A DNA stretch of 40,321 nucleotides from the NCBI GenBank assembly GCA_031370645.1, contig JANMQV010000143.1, positions 1 through 40,321 of the forward strand. Direction: 5' to 3'. A model generated the notes under the pieces. That model did no database searches and was not told the DNA's origin. It was given only the letters and a program-made list of their open reading frames with translations. The position numbers were made by a program, and so were the translations under genes. The DNA comes from Candidatus Eiseniibacteriota bacterium. GTDB taxonomy: Bacteria; Eisenbacteria; RBG-16-71-46; SZUA-252. Numbering within the stretch: the stretch's first letter is position 1; each line of letters begins with the position of its first letter. Below are positions 1 to 10,799 of this stretch, piece by piece.

Positions 1-309
1 CCGGCCTCGAAGCACCGCGGAAGGAAGAAGAAGAGCGACAAGGACGCCGCGGCGGCTACGACGGCCAACAAGGACGGAGGAAAGCCTGCGGAGATCCGGG
101 GCGTCTTCGTGATGGGGAAAGAAGGCGCGGTCGCGTTCCGCAAGGTGACGACCGGCCTTTCGAGCGACACCGACTACGAAGTCAGCGGAGACCTGAAGCC
201 GGGCGAGAAGATCGTGACCGGCCCGTTCCGCGTTCTGCGCACGCTCAAGCCGGAGCAGCGCGTGCGCGTCGAGGAACCCAAGAAGTCCGGCCAGCAGGAG
301 AAGAAATGA
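1..309 (+). CDS. MacA/HlyD-like periplasmic adaptor subunit, C-terminal fragment (5' truncated by window edge)
   Basis: Frame 1 is open from base 1. C-terminus GVFV...[24 protein letters not shown] is typical of MacA/YknX adaptors. Stop overlaps the ABC ATPase start (ATGA 306-309). Confidence 0.8.
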   Translation, partial: PASKHRGRKKKSDKDAAAATTANKDGGKPAEIRGVFVMGKEGAVAFRKVTTGLSSDTDYEVSGDLKPGEKIVTGPFRVLRTLKPEQRVRVEEPKKSGQQEKK

Positions 310-1058
310 GCGTCGAGAACGAGCCGGCGAGCGCGGGCACTTCATCCTGGGATGGATTGCTGATCGACATCCGCGACGTCCGGAAGATCTACGTGATGGG
401 CACGAACGAAGTCCGCGCGCTGGACGGCGTGGATCTTCAAGTCAAGAAAGGCGAGTACCTCGCCATCATGGGACCGTCGGGCTCGGGAAAGTCGACCCTC
501 ATGAACATGATCGGATGCCTCGATACGCCGACGAGCGGCTCCTATAAGCTCCGCGGGACCGAGATCCGCGAGCGCGAGGACGACGAGCTGGCGCGCATCC
601 GGAATCAGGAGATCGGGTTCATCTTCCAGACCTTCAATCTCCTGCCGCGCGCCGACGCGCTCCACAACGTGGAACTTCCGCTCATCTACGCCGGGAAGCC
701 GGCGAAGGAGCGGCGTGCCCGGGCGAAGGAGATGCTCGACCTGGTCGGACTGGGCGAGCGGATGCACCACCGCCCGAACGAGCTCTCCGGGGGCCAGCGT
801 CAGCGCGTCGCCATCGCGCGCGCGCTCGTGAACAACCCGTCGATCGTTCTCGCCGACGAGCCGACCGGAAATCTTGACTCGAAGACGGGGACCGAGATCA
901 TGGCGCTCCTCGACGAGATCCACACGAAGGGGAACACCGTCATTCTCGTCACGCACGAGGAGGAAGTCGCCGCGCTCGCCCATCGCGTGGTCCGGCTCCG
1001 GGACGGCCTCATCGAATCGGACAAGAGGCACGCGCCCGCCGGCGGTCCGGGCGCATGA
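306..1058 (+). CDS. ABC transporter ATP-binding protein, MacB/LolD family
   Basis: Walker [11 protein letters not shown]-loop FIFQTFNLL, signature [15 protein letters not shown], Walker [12 protein letters not shown]-loop VTHE. Confidence 0.96.
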   Translation: MSVENEPASAGTSSWDGLLIDIRDVRKIYVMGTNEVRALDGVDLQVKKGEYLAIMGPSGSGKSTLMNMIGCLDTPTSGSYKLRGTEIREREDDELARIRNQEIGFIFQTFNLLPRADALHNVELPLIYAGKPAKERRARAKEMLDLVGLGERMHHRPNELSGGQRQRVAIARALVNNPSIVLADEPTGNLDSKTGTEIMALLDEIHTKGNTVILVTHEEEVAALAHRVVRLRDGLIESDKRHAPAGGPGA

Positions 1059-2308
1059 ACCCCCCGGCTTCGCCCCCGCGCGACTTCTGGATCGCGCAGC
1101 GGGAGAATCTGCGCATCGCGCTCGACGCGCTCCGCGCCAACAAGCTTCGCTCCATCCTCACGGTCATCGGAAACGTCGTGGCTGTCATGTCGGTGATCGC
1201 GGTGGTCGCGATCATCGACGGGCTGAACACCTACGTCAGCGACAAGGTGCTCCAGCAGGGACTCGGCGTCCTCACGATCGACAAATACGGCTTCATCACG
1301 AGCGAAGACGAATTCCGCGAAGCGGAAAAGCGCCGCGACCTCGGACTCGACGACATGCAGGCGCTTGCGTCGCGCATGACACTGGCGGAGCACGTGGTCG
1401 CTCAGGCGTCCCGCCGCCGCATCGTTCGCGCGGGCAGCACCGAGCTCCAAGGTGTCGACATCACCGGGACGACGGAGGGGTACGAGCGGGTCTCGAAGCT
1501 CGATGTGGAGCAGGGACGGCATCTCGAAGCATCCGATGTCGAGCGGCGACGGCCGGTCTGCGTGATCGGTACCGAGGTGGCGGAGAAGCTCTTCCCACGC
1601 ACCGACCCGATCGGAGCGAGTCTCCGCGCCGGGGGCCACGAGCTCCGCGTCGTGGGCATCTTCGCCGAGCGGGGAAACGTCCTCGGCACGAGTCAGGACA
1701 ACATCGTCTACGTTCCGCTCGGTCAGTTCTACAAGATGTTCGGATCGCGGGCCGACCTGACGATCCTCGTCCGCGGCCGGGAAGGGGTCGATCCCGCGCG
1801 CGTGCAGGACGAGGCTCGCGTCGTCCTCCGGGCGCAGCGGCACGTGCCGATCGGGAAGCCCGACGACTTCGGCATGACGACCGCCGAGACGTTCCAAGCG
1901 TTCTGGAAGCAGATCACCGGCGGCATCTTCGCGGGGACGATCGCGCTCGTCGCCATCTCGCTCGTGGTCGGCGGCATCGTGATTATGAACATCATGCTCG
2001 TGGCGGTCACCGAGCGGACGCGAGAGATCGGAATCCGGAAAGCGCTCGGCGCCCGGCGCTCCGATCTCACGATGCAATTCCTGAGCGAGGCCGTTGTCCT
2101 CTCCCTTTTCGGTGGATTCGTCGGCGTCGTGGCGGGGATCGCGATCGCGTTTCTCATCCGGGCCGCCACGCCCCTTCCGGCCGCGATCCAACCCTGGTCC
2201 ATTCTCCTGAGCCTGGCCGTCGCCTGTTCGGTCGGACTCTTCTTCGGCGTTTATCCCGCCACCCGCGCCGCGCGCCTCGATCCGATCGTGGCGCTGCGCC
2301 AGGAGTAG
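1055..2308 (+). CDS. ABC transporter permease, MacB/FtsX family
   Basis: NKLRSILT N-terminal motif, one TM plus large periplasmic domain plus three [44 protein letters not shown] terminus. Confidence 0.95.
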   Translation: MNPPASPPRDFWIAQRENLRIALDALRANKLRSILTVIGNVVAVMSVIAVVAIIDGLNTYVSDKVLQQGLGVLTIDKYGFITSEDEFREAEKRRDLGLDDMQALASRMTLAEHVVAQASRRRIVRAGSTELQGVDITGTTEGYERVSKLDVEQGRHLEASDVERRRPVCVIGTEVAEKLFPRTDPIGASLRAGGHELRVVGIFAERGNVLGTSQDNIVYVPLGQFYKMFGSRADLTILVRGREGVDPARVQDEARVVLRAQRHVPIGKPDDFGMTTAETFQAFWKQITGGIFAGTIALVAISLVVGGIVIMNIMLVAVTERTREIGIRKALGARRSDLTMQFLSEAVVLSLFGGFVGVVAGIAIAFLIRAATPLPAAIQPWSILLSLAVACSVGLFFGVYPATRAARLDPIVALRQE

Positions 2309-2311
2309 CCG

Positions 2312-3538
2312 GTGGCGATCGACGTCCGCGAAGGGGTCGGAATCGCGTTCCAGGCGATCCGCGCGAACAAGATGCGCTCCTTCCTGACCGTGCTCGGCGT
2401 GATCATCGGCATCACGTCGATCATGGCGATCGTATCGATCATCGAGGGGCTGAACCGAAGCGTGAAGGCGCAATTGGCCTCTCTCGGGACCGACGTCCTC
2501 TTCGTCCGCCCTTTCGCGCCGGGCGCGTGGGTGGGCGACTTTCCCGACAGCCTCCGTCGGAGGAAGTGGTTCAAGGTGGAGGACGCGGAAGCGATCCGCC
2601 GCTTCTGTCCCGACGTGGAAGCGGTTGCGCCCCTCAACTTCACCGAGGCGCGCCTCCGCTACCGCGAGAACGAATCGCGCATCACGTTCATCATCGGAAG
2701 CACTCCCGACTTCATGGTGACGAATAACATCTCCACGGCGGCGGGGCGATACTTCACCGACGCGGAGGTCGAACGGCGGGCGGCGGTGGTCGTCTTGGGG
2801 CCGGAGCACGTCGAGTCGCTCTTCCCGCACCAGACCGCCGTAGGGCGATCGATCACCATCGGCGGTCAACCGTTCACGGTGATCGGGGAGACGGAGCCGA
2901 AGGGGCGCCTTCTGGGTCAGAGTCTCGACGACATGGTGATCATGCCGTACACGACGTGTGAAAAGCTCTTCGGTCCGGACCTCCGGATGGTGATCAATGC
3001 GAAGCCGGTGTCGCCGGAACGGATCGATGTCGCCATCGACGAGATCCGTGACGTGATGCGACGGCAACGGAAGGTGCCATACCGCCAGAACGACAACTTC
3101 GCCGTGTTCACCGACCAGGCGCTCCTCGACCTCTACAACAGCATCACCGGAGCGTTCTACATTGTCATGATCGCCATCGCGTCGATCGGGCTCATGGTCG
3201 GCGGAATCGGCGTCATGAACATCATGCTCGTCTCCGTAACGGAGCGGACCCGGGAGATCGGCGTGCGGAAGGCGATCGGAGCGCGACAGCGGGACATCCT
3301 GTTGCAATTCATCGTGGAGGCGATGACCCTCACGGGCACCGGAGGAATCGTCGGCGTCGTCGCCGGCCTCCTCGTCGGGTGGCTGGTCGACGTCTTCAGC
3401 CCGCTCGCATTCGCCGTTCCGATCTGGGGAATCGTGCTCGCGTTTCTCTCCGCCACCTCGGTCGGACTCTTCTTCGGAATCTATCCCGCCGTGAAGGCCG
3501 CGCGCCTCGACCCCGTCGAGTCGCTCCGGTACGAGTAG
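2312..3538 (+). CDS. ABC transporter permease, MacB/FtsX family (second paralog)
   Basis: [60 protein letters not shown] start. Confidence 0.95.
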   Translation: MAIDVREGVGIAFQAIRANKMRSFLTVLGVIIGITSIMAIVSIIEGLNRSVKAQLASLGTDVLFVRPFAPGAWVGDFPDSLRRRKWFKVEDAEAIRRFCPDVEAVAPLNFTEARLRYRENESRITFIIGSTPDFMVTNNISTAAGRYFTDAEVERRAAVVVLGPEHVESLFPHQTAVGRSITIGGQPFTVIGETEPKGRLLGQSLDDMVIMPYTTCEKLFGPDLRMVINAKPVSPERIDVAIDEIRDVMRRQRKVPYRQNDNFAVFTDQALLDLYNSITGAFYIVMIAIASIGLMVGGIGVMNIMLVSVTERTREIGVRKAIGARQRDILLQFIVEAMTLTGTGGIVGVVAGLLVGWLVDVFSPLAFAVPIWGIVLAFLSATSVGLFFGIYPAVKAARLDPVESLRYE

Positions 3539-3557
3539 GGAGCCGGGCGCCGGCGCC

Positions 3558-4331
3558 GTGATCTTTCGCCACGCCATCGTCCGTCCGCCCGCCGCGTCGT
3601 TCGCGCAAGGTCTCACGACGGTCGACCTCGGCGCCCCCGATCTCGCTCTGGCGCTAGCGCAGCATCAGGCCTACTGCGAGGCGCTGTTGGAGTGCGGCCT
3701 CGCGCTCACGTGGCTTCCCCCGGAAGTGGCCTTCCCCGACTCGACGTTCGTCGAAGACACGGCCGTGCTGACGCCGCGCGGCGCCATCCTGACTCGTCCG
3801 GGCGCGGCCAGCCGAGCCGGGGAAGTGACGTCGATACGTCCGGCGCTCGAGCCATTCTTTCCCATTCAGCGCGTCATCGAGGCACCCGGCACGCTCGACG
3901 GCGGCGACGTCTGTGAGGCCGGGGAGCACGTCTTCATCGGCATCTCGGAGCGGACGAACGAGGAAGGGGCGCGCCAGTTGGCAGTTTTTCTCCATGCGGA
4001 CGGATACGCGACGGCGACGGTGGACATCCGGGGCATCGCGGGAATTCTCCACCTGAAGAGCGGCGTCGCGGCGCTCGACGACCGACGACTCGTCGTCATT
4101 CCCGAATTCCGCGAGCATCCGGCATTCCAGGCGCACGAACTCCTCTCGGTCGCTTCGGAGGAGGCCTACGCGGCGAACGCGATCCGTGTGAACGATCGCC
4201 TGATTCTAGCCGCGGGCTATCCGAAGTTCGAAGAAGCGGTCCGCCGTCTCGGACACGATCCGTTGGCGCTCGAGATGTCGGAATTTCGGAAGATGGACGG
4301 CGGACTGAGCTGCCTTTCACTTCGCTTCTGA
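3558..4331 (+). CDS. Dimethylarginine dimethylaminohydrolase (amidinotransferase/pentein family)
   Basis: FPDSTFVEDTAV, RPGAASRAGE, LDGGDV, LHLKSG and C-terminal KMDGGLSCLSLRF carrying the catalytic Cys. Confidence 0.9.
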   Translation: MIFRHAIVRPPAASFAQGLTTVDLGAPDLALALAQHQAYCEALLECGLALTWLPPEVAFPDSTFVEDTAVLTPRGAILTRPGAASRAGEVTSIRPALEPFFPIQRVIEAPGTLDGGDVCEAGEHVFIGISERTNEEGARQLAVFLHADGYATATVDIRGIAGILHLKSGVAALDDRRLVVIPEFREHPAFQAHELLSVASEEAYAANAIRVNDRLILAAGYPKFEEAVRRLGHDPLALEMSEFRKMDGGLSCLSLRF

Positions 4332-4390
4332 TGGCCCGCCGCGCCACGCTCGGGGCGCCTGGCCCGTTTCGCCGGCCCCGATTAAGCGTG

Positions 4391-4399
4391 TGGTAAACT
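4391..4399 (+). promoter_or_regulatory. Putative extended -10 promoter (TGgTAAACT) upstream of the S8 peptidase
   Basis: TGnTAnnnT match in the intergenic gap, about 60 nt upstream of ATG 4459. No clear -35. Confidence 0.45.
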
Positions 4400-4458
4400 G
4401 TCCCGGCTCAAATGGCGATTCGCTTCTACCGCCAGCGTCACATCCGATGGAGGAATTC

Positions 4459-6351
4459 ATGCGCGCCGCGTTCCCCGCTCTCGCCCTTTCGGTCCTTGTG
4501 GCCGCCACGATTCTCAGCGCGATGCCTGGTTTCGCCCCGCCGGCCGCCGCGGCTGCGAAGATTCCCATCACGAAGCTCGCCGACCTGCCGCCACACACGT
4601 ACAAGATCGCGGACAAGCCGAGCGCGCTCGTCTCGAACAAGCCGGCCATTCTCGAGTTGGCGACCGCGGTCGAGAAGGACATGAGAGGGGACCTCGACAA
4701 GTACGACATCCAGGATCAGACCGCGACGCGGCGGATCTACGGCACGCTCCTCACGATCGCGATGCTGAAGCACGACTACCCGGCCGCGCGAGAACTGGTG
4801 ACGACCGTCCGGGGGCTCCAGGAGAAGCCGGCGCAGAAGCTGACTTCCGGCTTGCTGGCGGAAGCGATCATGAAGACGAACGAATCGGCCGCGCCCGATC
4901 CGCACGCCGCGCTCCGCGCGAACCTCGAAGCCTCGCTCCGGGCGCTTCCGTACCAAGAGGTGCAGGATGTGCTCAAGTCGGCGAAGGGAAGTTTTGAGGT
5001 GACGTCGTTGAATCTTATGGTCGGCAGCATGCAGGCGAGCGTCGACCCCGCCGCCAAGGACGGAACGCTCAGCGGCGATTTCGCGACGGGGCTTGTTCAG
5101 GCGGGGTACGTGGCCGCCGAGATCCTTCCGTTCAAGGACGACATCGTCGCGGCGTACGCTGCCGTGCTCGACGCGAACAAGACGGAGGCGAAGGCCGATA
5201 TCTGGGCGGCCCGCGACGTGGCGCTCGACGCTGGCTCGAAGCTGACGCCGGTCGTCGTCGGGATCTGGGATTCCGGCGTCGATGTCGCCCTCTACCCGAA
5301 CCGCCTCTGGACGAACAGCAAGGAAATCGCGGGAAACGGAAAGGACGACGACAAGGACGGGTTCATCGACGACGTGAACGGCATCGCCTGGTCGCTCCAT
5401 TCCGACCCGGAGACGCCGTTGCTTTTTGATTTCGAAAAAGCGGTGGGCGATCGCGCCAAGTTCAAGGGCGACCTGAAGGGGTTCGAGGATCTGCAGGCGA
5501 ATCTCGAAACTCCCGAGGCGACCGCGCTCAAGCAGAAACTGAGTTCGCTGACACAGGAACAGGTGAAGCCGCTCCTCGAGGGGCTGAACGCCTATGCGCA
5601 GTACGCTCACGGTACGCATGTTGCCGGCATCGCCGCCAATGGAAATCCGGCGGCGAGACTCCTGGCGTGTCGCATGACGTTCGACTACCACGCGGTTCCC
5701 GAGAAGCCGACCGTCGAGCAGTTCACGAAGGACGGGAACGCCATGGCGAAGTCGGTCGCCTACTTCAACACGAACGGCGTGCGTGTCGTGAATATGAGCT
5801 GGGGCGGAGACCTCAAGTCGATCGAAACAGCCCTCGAGCTCAACAACGCGGGCGGAACTCCGGAAGAGCGGCGGATCTTGGCCCGGAAGCTCTACGACAT
5901 CGGATACAAGAAGCTCTACGACGCCATGAAGGCGGCGCCGAACGTTCTCTTCGTGATCGCCGCCGGCAATTCGAACAATAACGTGAAGTTCGACGAAGTG
6001 ATGCCGAGTTCGTTCAAGCTACCGAACATTCTCGTCGCGGGCGCGGTCGACCAGGCGGGGGAGCAGACGTCGTTTACCAGCTTCGGCAACGTCGACGTTT
6101 ATTCGAACGGCTTCGAAGTCGACAGCTACGTGCCGGGCGGGGAGCGTATGAAGTTGAGCGGCACGAGCATGTCGGCGCCGAACGTCACCAACTTGGCGGC
6201 GAAGCTCTGGGCGACGAACCCGAAACTGACCGTCGAGCAGGTGAAGCAGTACATCGTGAAGAACGCCGACGAGAAGAAGTCGGGAGAAAACACGATTCGC
6301 CTCATGAACCCGAAGGCCTCGCTGTCGGCGGCCTCGGGCGGCGCGCAGTAG
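4459..6351 (+). CDS. Secreted subtilisin-like S8 serine peptidase with a long N-terminal extension
   Basis: Catalytic triad motifs IWDSGVD, HGTHVAG, GTSMSAP; oxyanion AAGN; Sec-type signal peptide. Start moved to ATG 4459, which follows GGAGG (ORF track starts at 4390). Confidence 0.9.
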   Translation: MRAAFPALALSVLVAATILSAMPGFAPPAAAAAKIPITKLADLPPHTYKIADKPSALVSNKPAILELATAVEKDMRGDLDKYDIQDQTATRRIYGTLLTIAMLKHDYPAARELVTTVRGLQEKPAQKLTSGLLAEAIMKTNESAAPDPHAALRANLEASLRALPYQEVQDVLKSAKGSFEVTSLNLMVGSMQASVDPAAKDGTLSGDFATGLVQAGYVAAEILPFKDDIVAAYAAVLDANKTEAKADIWAARDVALDAGSKLTPVVVGIWDSGVDVALYPNRLWTNSKEIAGNGKDDDKDGFIDDVNGIAWSLHSDPETPLLFDFEKAVGDRAKFKGDLKGFEDLQANLETPEATALKQKLSSLTQEQVKPLLEGLNAYAQYAHGTHVAGIAANGNPAARLLACRMTFDYHAVPEKPTVEQFTKDGNAMAKSVAYFNTNGVRVVNMSWGGDLKSIETALELNNAGGTPEERRILARKLYDIGYKKLYDAMKAAPNVLFVIAAGNSNNNVKFDEVMPSSFKLPNILVAGAVDQAGEQTSFTSFGNVDVYSNGFEVDSYVPGGERMKLSGTSMSAPNVTNLAAKLWATNPKLTVEQVKQYIVKNADEKKSGENTIRLMNPKASLSAASGGAQ

Positions 6352-6365
6352 CCCGGAGCGGCGCC

Positions 6366-9218
6366 GTGGATCAGATCCGCGTTCGCGGGGCGCGCGAGCA
6401 CAATCTCAAGAATCTCAGCATCGACATCCCGCGGAACGCGCTCGTCGTCCTGACGGGCGTCTCCGGTTCGGGGAAGTCGTCGCTCGCTTTCGACACCCTC
6501 TACGCCGAGGGACAGCGGCGCTACGTCGAATCGCTCTCCGCCTACGCCCGGCAGTTCCTGGGGCAGATGGAGAAGCCCGACGTCGATCAGATCGAGGGGC
6601 TTTCGCCCGCGATTTCGATCGAGCAACGGACGGCCGGAAGCAATCCCCGCTCCACGGTGGCGACGGTGACCGAGATCTACGACTACCTCCGCCTCCTCTA
6701 CTCGCGCGTCGGGGTGCAGCACTGTGTGAACTGCGATCGCCCCATTCGGAGTCAGACCGTGCAGGAGATGGTGGATACGCTCTTGTCGTCGCATTCGGGC
6801 GCGCGGCTCCAAATCCTCGCGCCCGTGATCCGGGGCCGTAAGGGCGAGTACCGGAAGGAGTGGGTTCAGTGGCGGAAGCTCGGATTCGTCCGCGCGCGCG
6901 TGAACGGCGCCTGGCTCGAACTGGAAGAGGACCTGTCGCTCGATAAGAAGAAGAAACATACGATCGAGATCGTGGTGGACCGCTTGGTGGCGGACACCGA
7001 GAAGCGGAGCCGCCTCCATGAATCGCTGGAGACAGCGACGCGGCTCGCCGAGGGAATCGCGCTCGTGCTCCTCGCCGATGGGAGCGAGGAAACCCTCTCC
7101 GCCGGAGCGGCCTGCACGAATTGCGGCATTTCCTACGAGCCGCTCCAACCCCGCTCCTTCTCGTTCAACTCGCCCTACGGCGCCTGCAAGCCGTGCGACG
7201 GGCTTGGAACCACGATGGAGGTCGATCCCGACCTCGTGGTGCCCGACCGTTCGAAGTCGCTCGCCGACGGCGCGGTCTCCGTCTGGGGCGATCCCGACGG
7301 GACGTGGACGAAGGGTTCGATCGAGGCGATCGCGAAGCGGCTGAAGATCTCGATGAAGACGCCCTTCGCGAAGCTCCCCGCGGCGGCCCAGAAGGCGATT
7401 CTGTACGGGCTCGGCGATGAGAAGATCGACTACAAGTTCAAGATGAAGAGCGGGAAGGTCTGGGAGCACAAGGGGCGCTTCCGCGGCGTGGTGAACGAAC
7501 TGATGCGCCGGTTCAAGGAGACGACCTCGGATAAGGTCCGCCAGCAGATCGAGCAAAGCATGAGCAAGAAATCGTGCGCCACCTGCGGCGGTGCCCGGCT
7601 CAGGGCCGAGTCGCTCGCGGTGCGGGTCGACGGACGCTCCATCGCCGAGTGGGTGGGGCAGCCGGTCAGCCGCGCGCGACGGACGGTGACCGACCTGGCG
7701 CTCGCGCCCCGCGAGGCGTCGATCGCGTCCGCCATCGTGAAGGAACTCCGCCAGCGGCTCGAATTCCTGGACGATGTCGGCGTCGGCTACCTCACGCTCG
7801 ACCGCGCCGCCGCCACGCTCTCCGGGGGCGAGGCGCAGCGGATTCGGCTCGCCACCCAGATCGGCTCCCGTCTGACCGGCGTGCTCTACATCCTGGATGA
7901 ACCGAGCATCGGACTTCATCCGCGCGACAATCGAAAGCTCCTCGACACGCTTCTCCGTCTCCGCGATCTCGGCAACTCGGTCCTGGTCGTGGAACACGAT
8001 CACGAGACGATGGAAGCGGCGGACTATCTGATCGACCTCGGCCCCGGCGCGGGGCGGCGTGGCGGATATCTCGTCGCGCACGGGACTCCCGCGGAGGTGC
8101 GCGCCAATCCCGAGTCGCTCACGGGGCGCTATCTCTCGGGAGCGCGGGAGATCTCGATTCCGACGTCGCGCCGAGACGGGACGGGGAAGTCGCTCGAGGT
8201 GATCGGCGCGCGCGAACACAACTTGAAGAGCGTTCGGGCGCGTTTTCCTTTGGGCACGCTCATCTGCGTCACCGGAGTCTCCGGCTCCGGCAAGAGTACG
8301 CTCGTGAACGACATTCTCCATCGCTCGCTCGCGAAGAAGCTCCATGGCGCGCGCGACGTCCCGGGAGCGCACGACCGCATCACCGGCATGGACGAGATCG
8401 ACAAGGTGGTGGCGATCGACCAATCGCCGATCGGGCGAACACCGCGAAGCAATCCCGCTACCTACACGGGGCTGTTCACGTTCATCCGCGATCTCTTCGC
8501 GGCGCTTCCGGAAGCGAAAGTCCGCGGCTACGCGCCGGGGCGCTTCTCGTTCAACGTGAAGGGTGGCCGTTGCGAGGCGTGCGGCGGCGACGGGCTCGTG
8601 ACGATCGAGATGCACTTCCTCCCCGACGTCTACGTGACGTGCGAGGTCTGCCGCGGGAAGCGCTACAACCGGGAGACGCTGGAAGTGGTCTACAAGGGGA
8701 AGTCGATCGCCGACGTCCTCGAGATGACCGTCGACGACGCGCTCGAACTCCTCGGCCCCATCCCGACGATTCGGCGGAAGCTCGAGACCCTCCAAGGCGT
8801 CGGTCTCGGTTACATCCACCTCGGCCAGGCGGCGACGACGCTCTCGGGCGGCGAAGCGCAGCGCGTGAAACTCGCCACCGAACTTTCGCGGACCGAAACG
8901 GGGCGAACGCTCTATCTCCTCGACGAACCGACGACGGGCCTTCATTTCGAGGATGTTCGGATGCTCCTCGACGTGCTCGATCGCCTCACCGATCGCGGCA
9001 ACACGGTGGTCGTGATCGAACACAACAGCGACGTCATGAAGCGGGCCGATTGGATCCTCGATCTCGGGCCCGAAGGGGGCGACGGAGGGGGCCGCATCGT
9101 CGCCGAGGGGACGCCCGAGACGGTGGCCGCCAACCGGGAATCGCACACGGGCGCCGCGTTGCGGGGCGTGCTGGCCGCCGCGACCCCGAAGCGGGGGCGG
9201 GCGAAGGCTGCCGTTTGA
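6366..9218 (+). CDS. uvrA: Excinuclease ABC subunit A
   Basis: [13 protein letters not shown], two Walker A motifs ([18 protein letters not shown]), [14 protein letters not shown], zinc-binding CxxC motifs, two LSGGEAQR signatures. Confidence 0.98.
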   Translation: MDQIRVRGAREHNLKNLSIDIPRNALVVLTGVSGSGKSSLAFDTLYAEGQRRYVESLSAYARQFLGQMEKPDVDQIEGLSPAISIEQRTAGSNPRSTVATVTEIYDYLRLLYSRVGVQHCVNCDRPIRSQTVQEMVDTLLSSHSGARLQILAPVIRGRKGEYRKEWVQWRKLGFVRARVNGAWLELEEDLSLDKKKKHTIEIVVDRLVADTEKRSRLHESLETATRLAEGIALVLLADGSEETLSAGAACTNCGISYEPLQPRSFSFNSPYGACKPCDGLGTTMEVDPDLVVPDRSKSLADGAVSVWGDPDGTWTKGSIEAIAKRLKISMKTPFAKLPAAAQKAILYGLGDEKIDYKFKMKSGKVWEHKGRFRGVVNELMRRFKETTSDKVRQQIEQSMSKKSCATCGGARLRAESLAVRVDGRSIAEWVGQPVSRARRTVTDLALAPREASIASAIVKELRQRLEFLDDVGVGYLTLDRAAATLSGGEAQRIRLATQIGSRLTGVLYILDEPSIGLHPRDNRKLLDTLLRLRDLGNSVLVVEHDHETMEAADYLIDLGPGAGRRGGYLVAHGTPAEVRANPESLTGRYLSGAREISIPTSRRDGTGKSLEVIGAREHNLKSVRARFPLGTLICVTGVSGSGKSTLVNDILHRSLAKKLHGARDVPGAHDRITGMDEIDKVVAIDQSPIGRTPRSNPATYTGLFTFIRDLFAALPEAKVRGYAPGRFSFNVKGGRCEACGGDGLVTIEMHFLPDVYVTCEVCRGKRYNRETLEVVYKGKSIADVLEMTVDDALELLGPIPTIRRKLETLQGVGLGYIHLGQAATTLSGGEAQRVKLATELSRTETGRTLYLLDEPTTGLHFEDVRMLLDVLDRLTDRGNTVVVIEHNSDVMKRADWILDLGPEGGDGGGRIVAEGTPETVAANRESHTGAALRGVLAAATPKRGRAKAAV

Positions 9219-9242
9219 CATCGCGCCGGGTTGTGGTAAGGT
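9215..9242 (+). promoter_or_regulatory. Putative sigma70 promoter of the gcv operon (TTGACA-N16-TAAGGT with extended TG)
   Basis: Perfect TTGACA at 9215-9220 overlapping the uvrA stop; TGgTAAGGT at 9234-9242. Confidence 0.65.
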
Positions 9243-9279
9243 ACCGGACTCTACCCGCAACTGACGAAATACAAACGAT

Positions 9280-10416
9280 ATGCTCGATACTGCCACCGCG
9301 CTGAAGCGGACTCCGTTTCACCCACGCCATGTGGCCGCGGGAGCCAAAATGGTTCCCTTCGCGGGTCACGAAATGCCCATTCAATATGAAGGCATCCTCA
9401 CCGAGCACCGGACGGTCCGCGCGGGCGTCGGCGTCTTCGACGTGTCGCACATGGGGGAGATTCGCCTCCGCGGCCCTGGCGCCGTCGCCTACGCCAATCG
9501 TCTCGTCACGAACGAAGTCGGCCCGGCTCTGCCGGACGGCAAGGTGGTCTACAGCCCGATGTGCCTGGAGAACGGCGGAATCGTCGACGACCTCCTGGTC
9601 TACGCCTTCGGGGCGGATCGTTACCTCGTCGTGAACGCCGCGAATTTCGACAAGGATCTCGCCTGGATTCGGAGCCACGCCCCAGCGGGCGTGGAGGTGA
9701 TCGACGAGAACGCCGCTACGGCCCAGCTCGCCGTTCAAGGTCCGCGCGCCGAGGATGTCGTGGGCGCCATTTACGGGGATCGAGCCCGCGCGCTGGCGTT
9801 CTACGAGTCGTACATCGACGGCACGGGCGACGGCGCCACGATCGTTTCGCGGACCGGCTACACCGGCGAGGACGGCTTCGAACTCTACATGCCCGCCGCG
9901 CGCGCACTCGACGTCTGGGATCGCGTCTTCGCCGCGGGCGCACCGCACGGCATCCGCCCCATCGGGCTCGGGGCGCGCGACACGCTGCGGCTCGAGATGG
10001 GGTACTGCCTCTACGGGAACGATATCGACGAATCGACGCATCCGCTCGAAGCGGGAATCGGCTGGACGGTTCATCTCGATAAATCCGAATTCATCGGCCG
10101 CGAGGCCATCGCGAACGCCAAGGCGGCGGGACTGAAGCGCCGCCTGCTCGGCCTCATTCTCGACGGGGCCCGCATCGCGCGCCCCAGCTTCGAGGTCGAG
10201 GTGCAGGGGAAGCGCGTCGGGACGGTCACGAGCGGCACCATGGGCATCAGCATCGGCCGACCGGTCGCGATGGCCTATCTGGAGGGCGAAGCGGCCCGTC
10301 CGGGCGCGAGCGTCGACGTCGTGACGCGCGGCGAGCGGATTCCGGCGATCGTCTCGGGCCGACCGATGTACACGAAGGGAAGCGTTCGCTCGCCCCAACC
10401 GAGGAGACCTCAATGA
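9280..10416 (+). CDS. gcvT: Glycine cleavage system T protein (aminomethyltransferase)
   Basis: KRTPFH, EHRTVRAGVGVFDVSHMGE, GGIVDDLLVY, SRTGYTGEDGFE, GLGARDTLRLEMGYCLYG. Confidence 0.97.
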   Translation: MLDTATALKRTPFHPRHVAAGAKMVPFAGHEMPIQYEGILTEHRTVRAGVGVFDVSHMGEIRLRGPGAVAYANRLVTNEVGPALPDGKVVYSPMCLENGGIVDDLLVYAFGADRYLVVNAANFDKDLAWIRSHAPAGVEVIDENAATAQLAVQGPRAEDVVGAIYGDRARALAFYESYIDGTGDGATIVSRTGYTGEDGFELYMPAARALDVWDRVFAAGAPHGIRPIGLGARDTLRLEMGYCLYGNDIDESTHPLEAGIGWTVHLDKSEFIGREAIANAKAAGLKRRLLGLILDGARIARPSFEVEVQGKRVGTVTSGTMGISIGRPVAMAYLEGEAARPGASVDVVTRGERIPAIVSGRPMYTKGSVRSPQPRRPQ

Positions 10417-10799
10417 ACGTGCCGAAGGATCTCCGCTACACGAAGGAACACGAGTGGGTTCGCTCCAAAGGGGGCGAGGTGGAGGTCGGCATCACGGAAT
10501 ACGCGCAGGGAGAGTTGGGCGACGTGATCTTCGTCGATCTCCCGCCGCTCGGAACGAAGGTGGTCGCCATGAAGGGCTTCGGATCAATCGACGCTGTGAA
10601 AACGGTGAGCGATCTCTTCGCCCCCGTGGCCGGGGAAATCGTGGCGGTCAATGATTCGCTGAAGGACAATCCGGCGCTCGTGAACACGTCGCCCTATGAA
10701 AAAGGGTGGATGGTTCGAATCCGCGCCGAGAAACCCGCGGACGTGAACGCGCTCCTCTCGGCCGACGACTACGAGAAACTGCTGGGGGCGCACGCGTGA
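10413..10799 (+). CDS. gcvH: Glycine cleavage system H protein
   Basis: LRYTKEHEWV, VGITEYAQGELGDVIFV, lipoyl Lys63 in DAVKTVSD, NTSPYEKGWM. Confidence 0.97.
   Translation: MNVPKDLRYTKEHEWVRSKGGEVEVGITEYAQGELGDVIFVDLPPLGTKVVAMKGFGSIDAVKTVSDLFAPVAGEIVAVNDSLKDNPALVNTSPYEKGWMVRIRAEKPADVNALLSADDYEKLLGAHA

Noticed and set aside
1-3538. MacAB-type exporter with two permease paralogs as a novelty
   Set aside because: An adaptor, ATPase and two permeases is a common arrangement.
9219-9279. Glycine riboswitch upstream of gcvT
   Set aside because: The gap is only about 60 nt, is mostly promoter, and lacks the GGAGA..CCGAAG..CTCTCAGG aptamer motifs.
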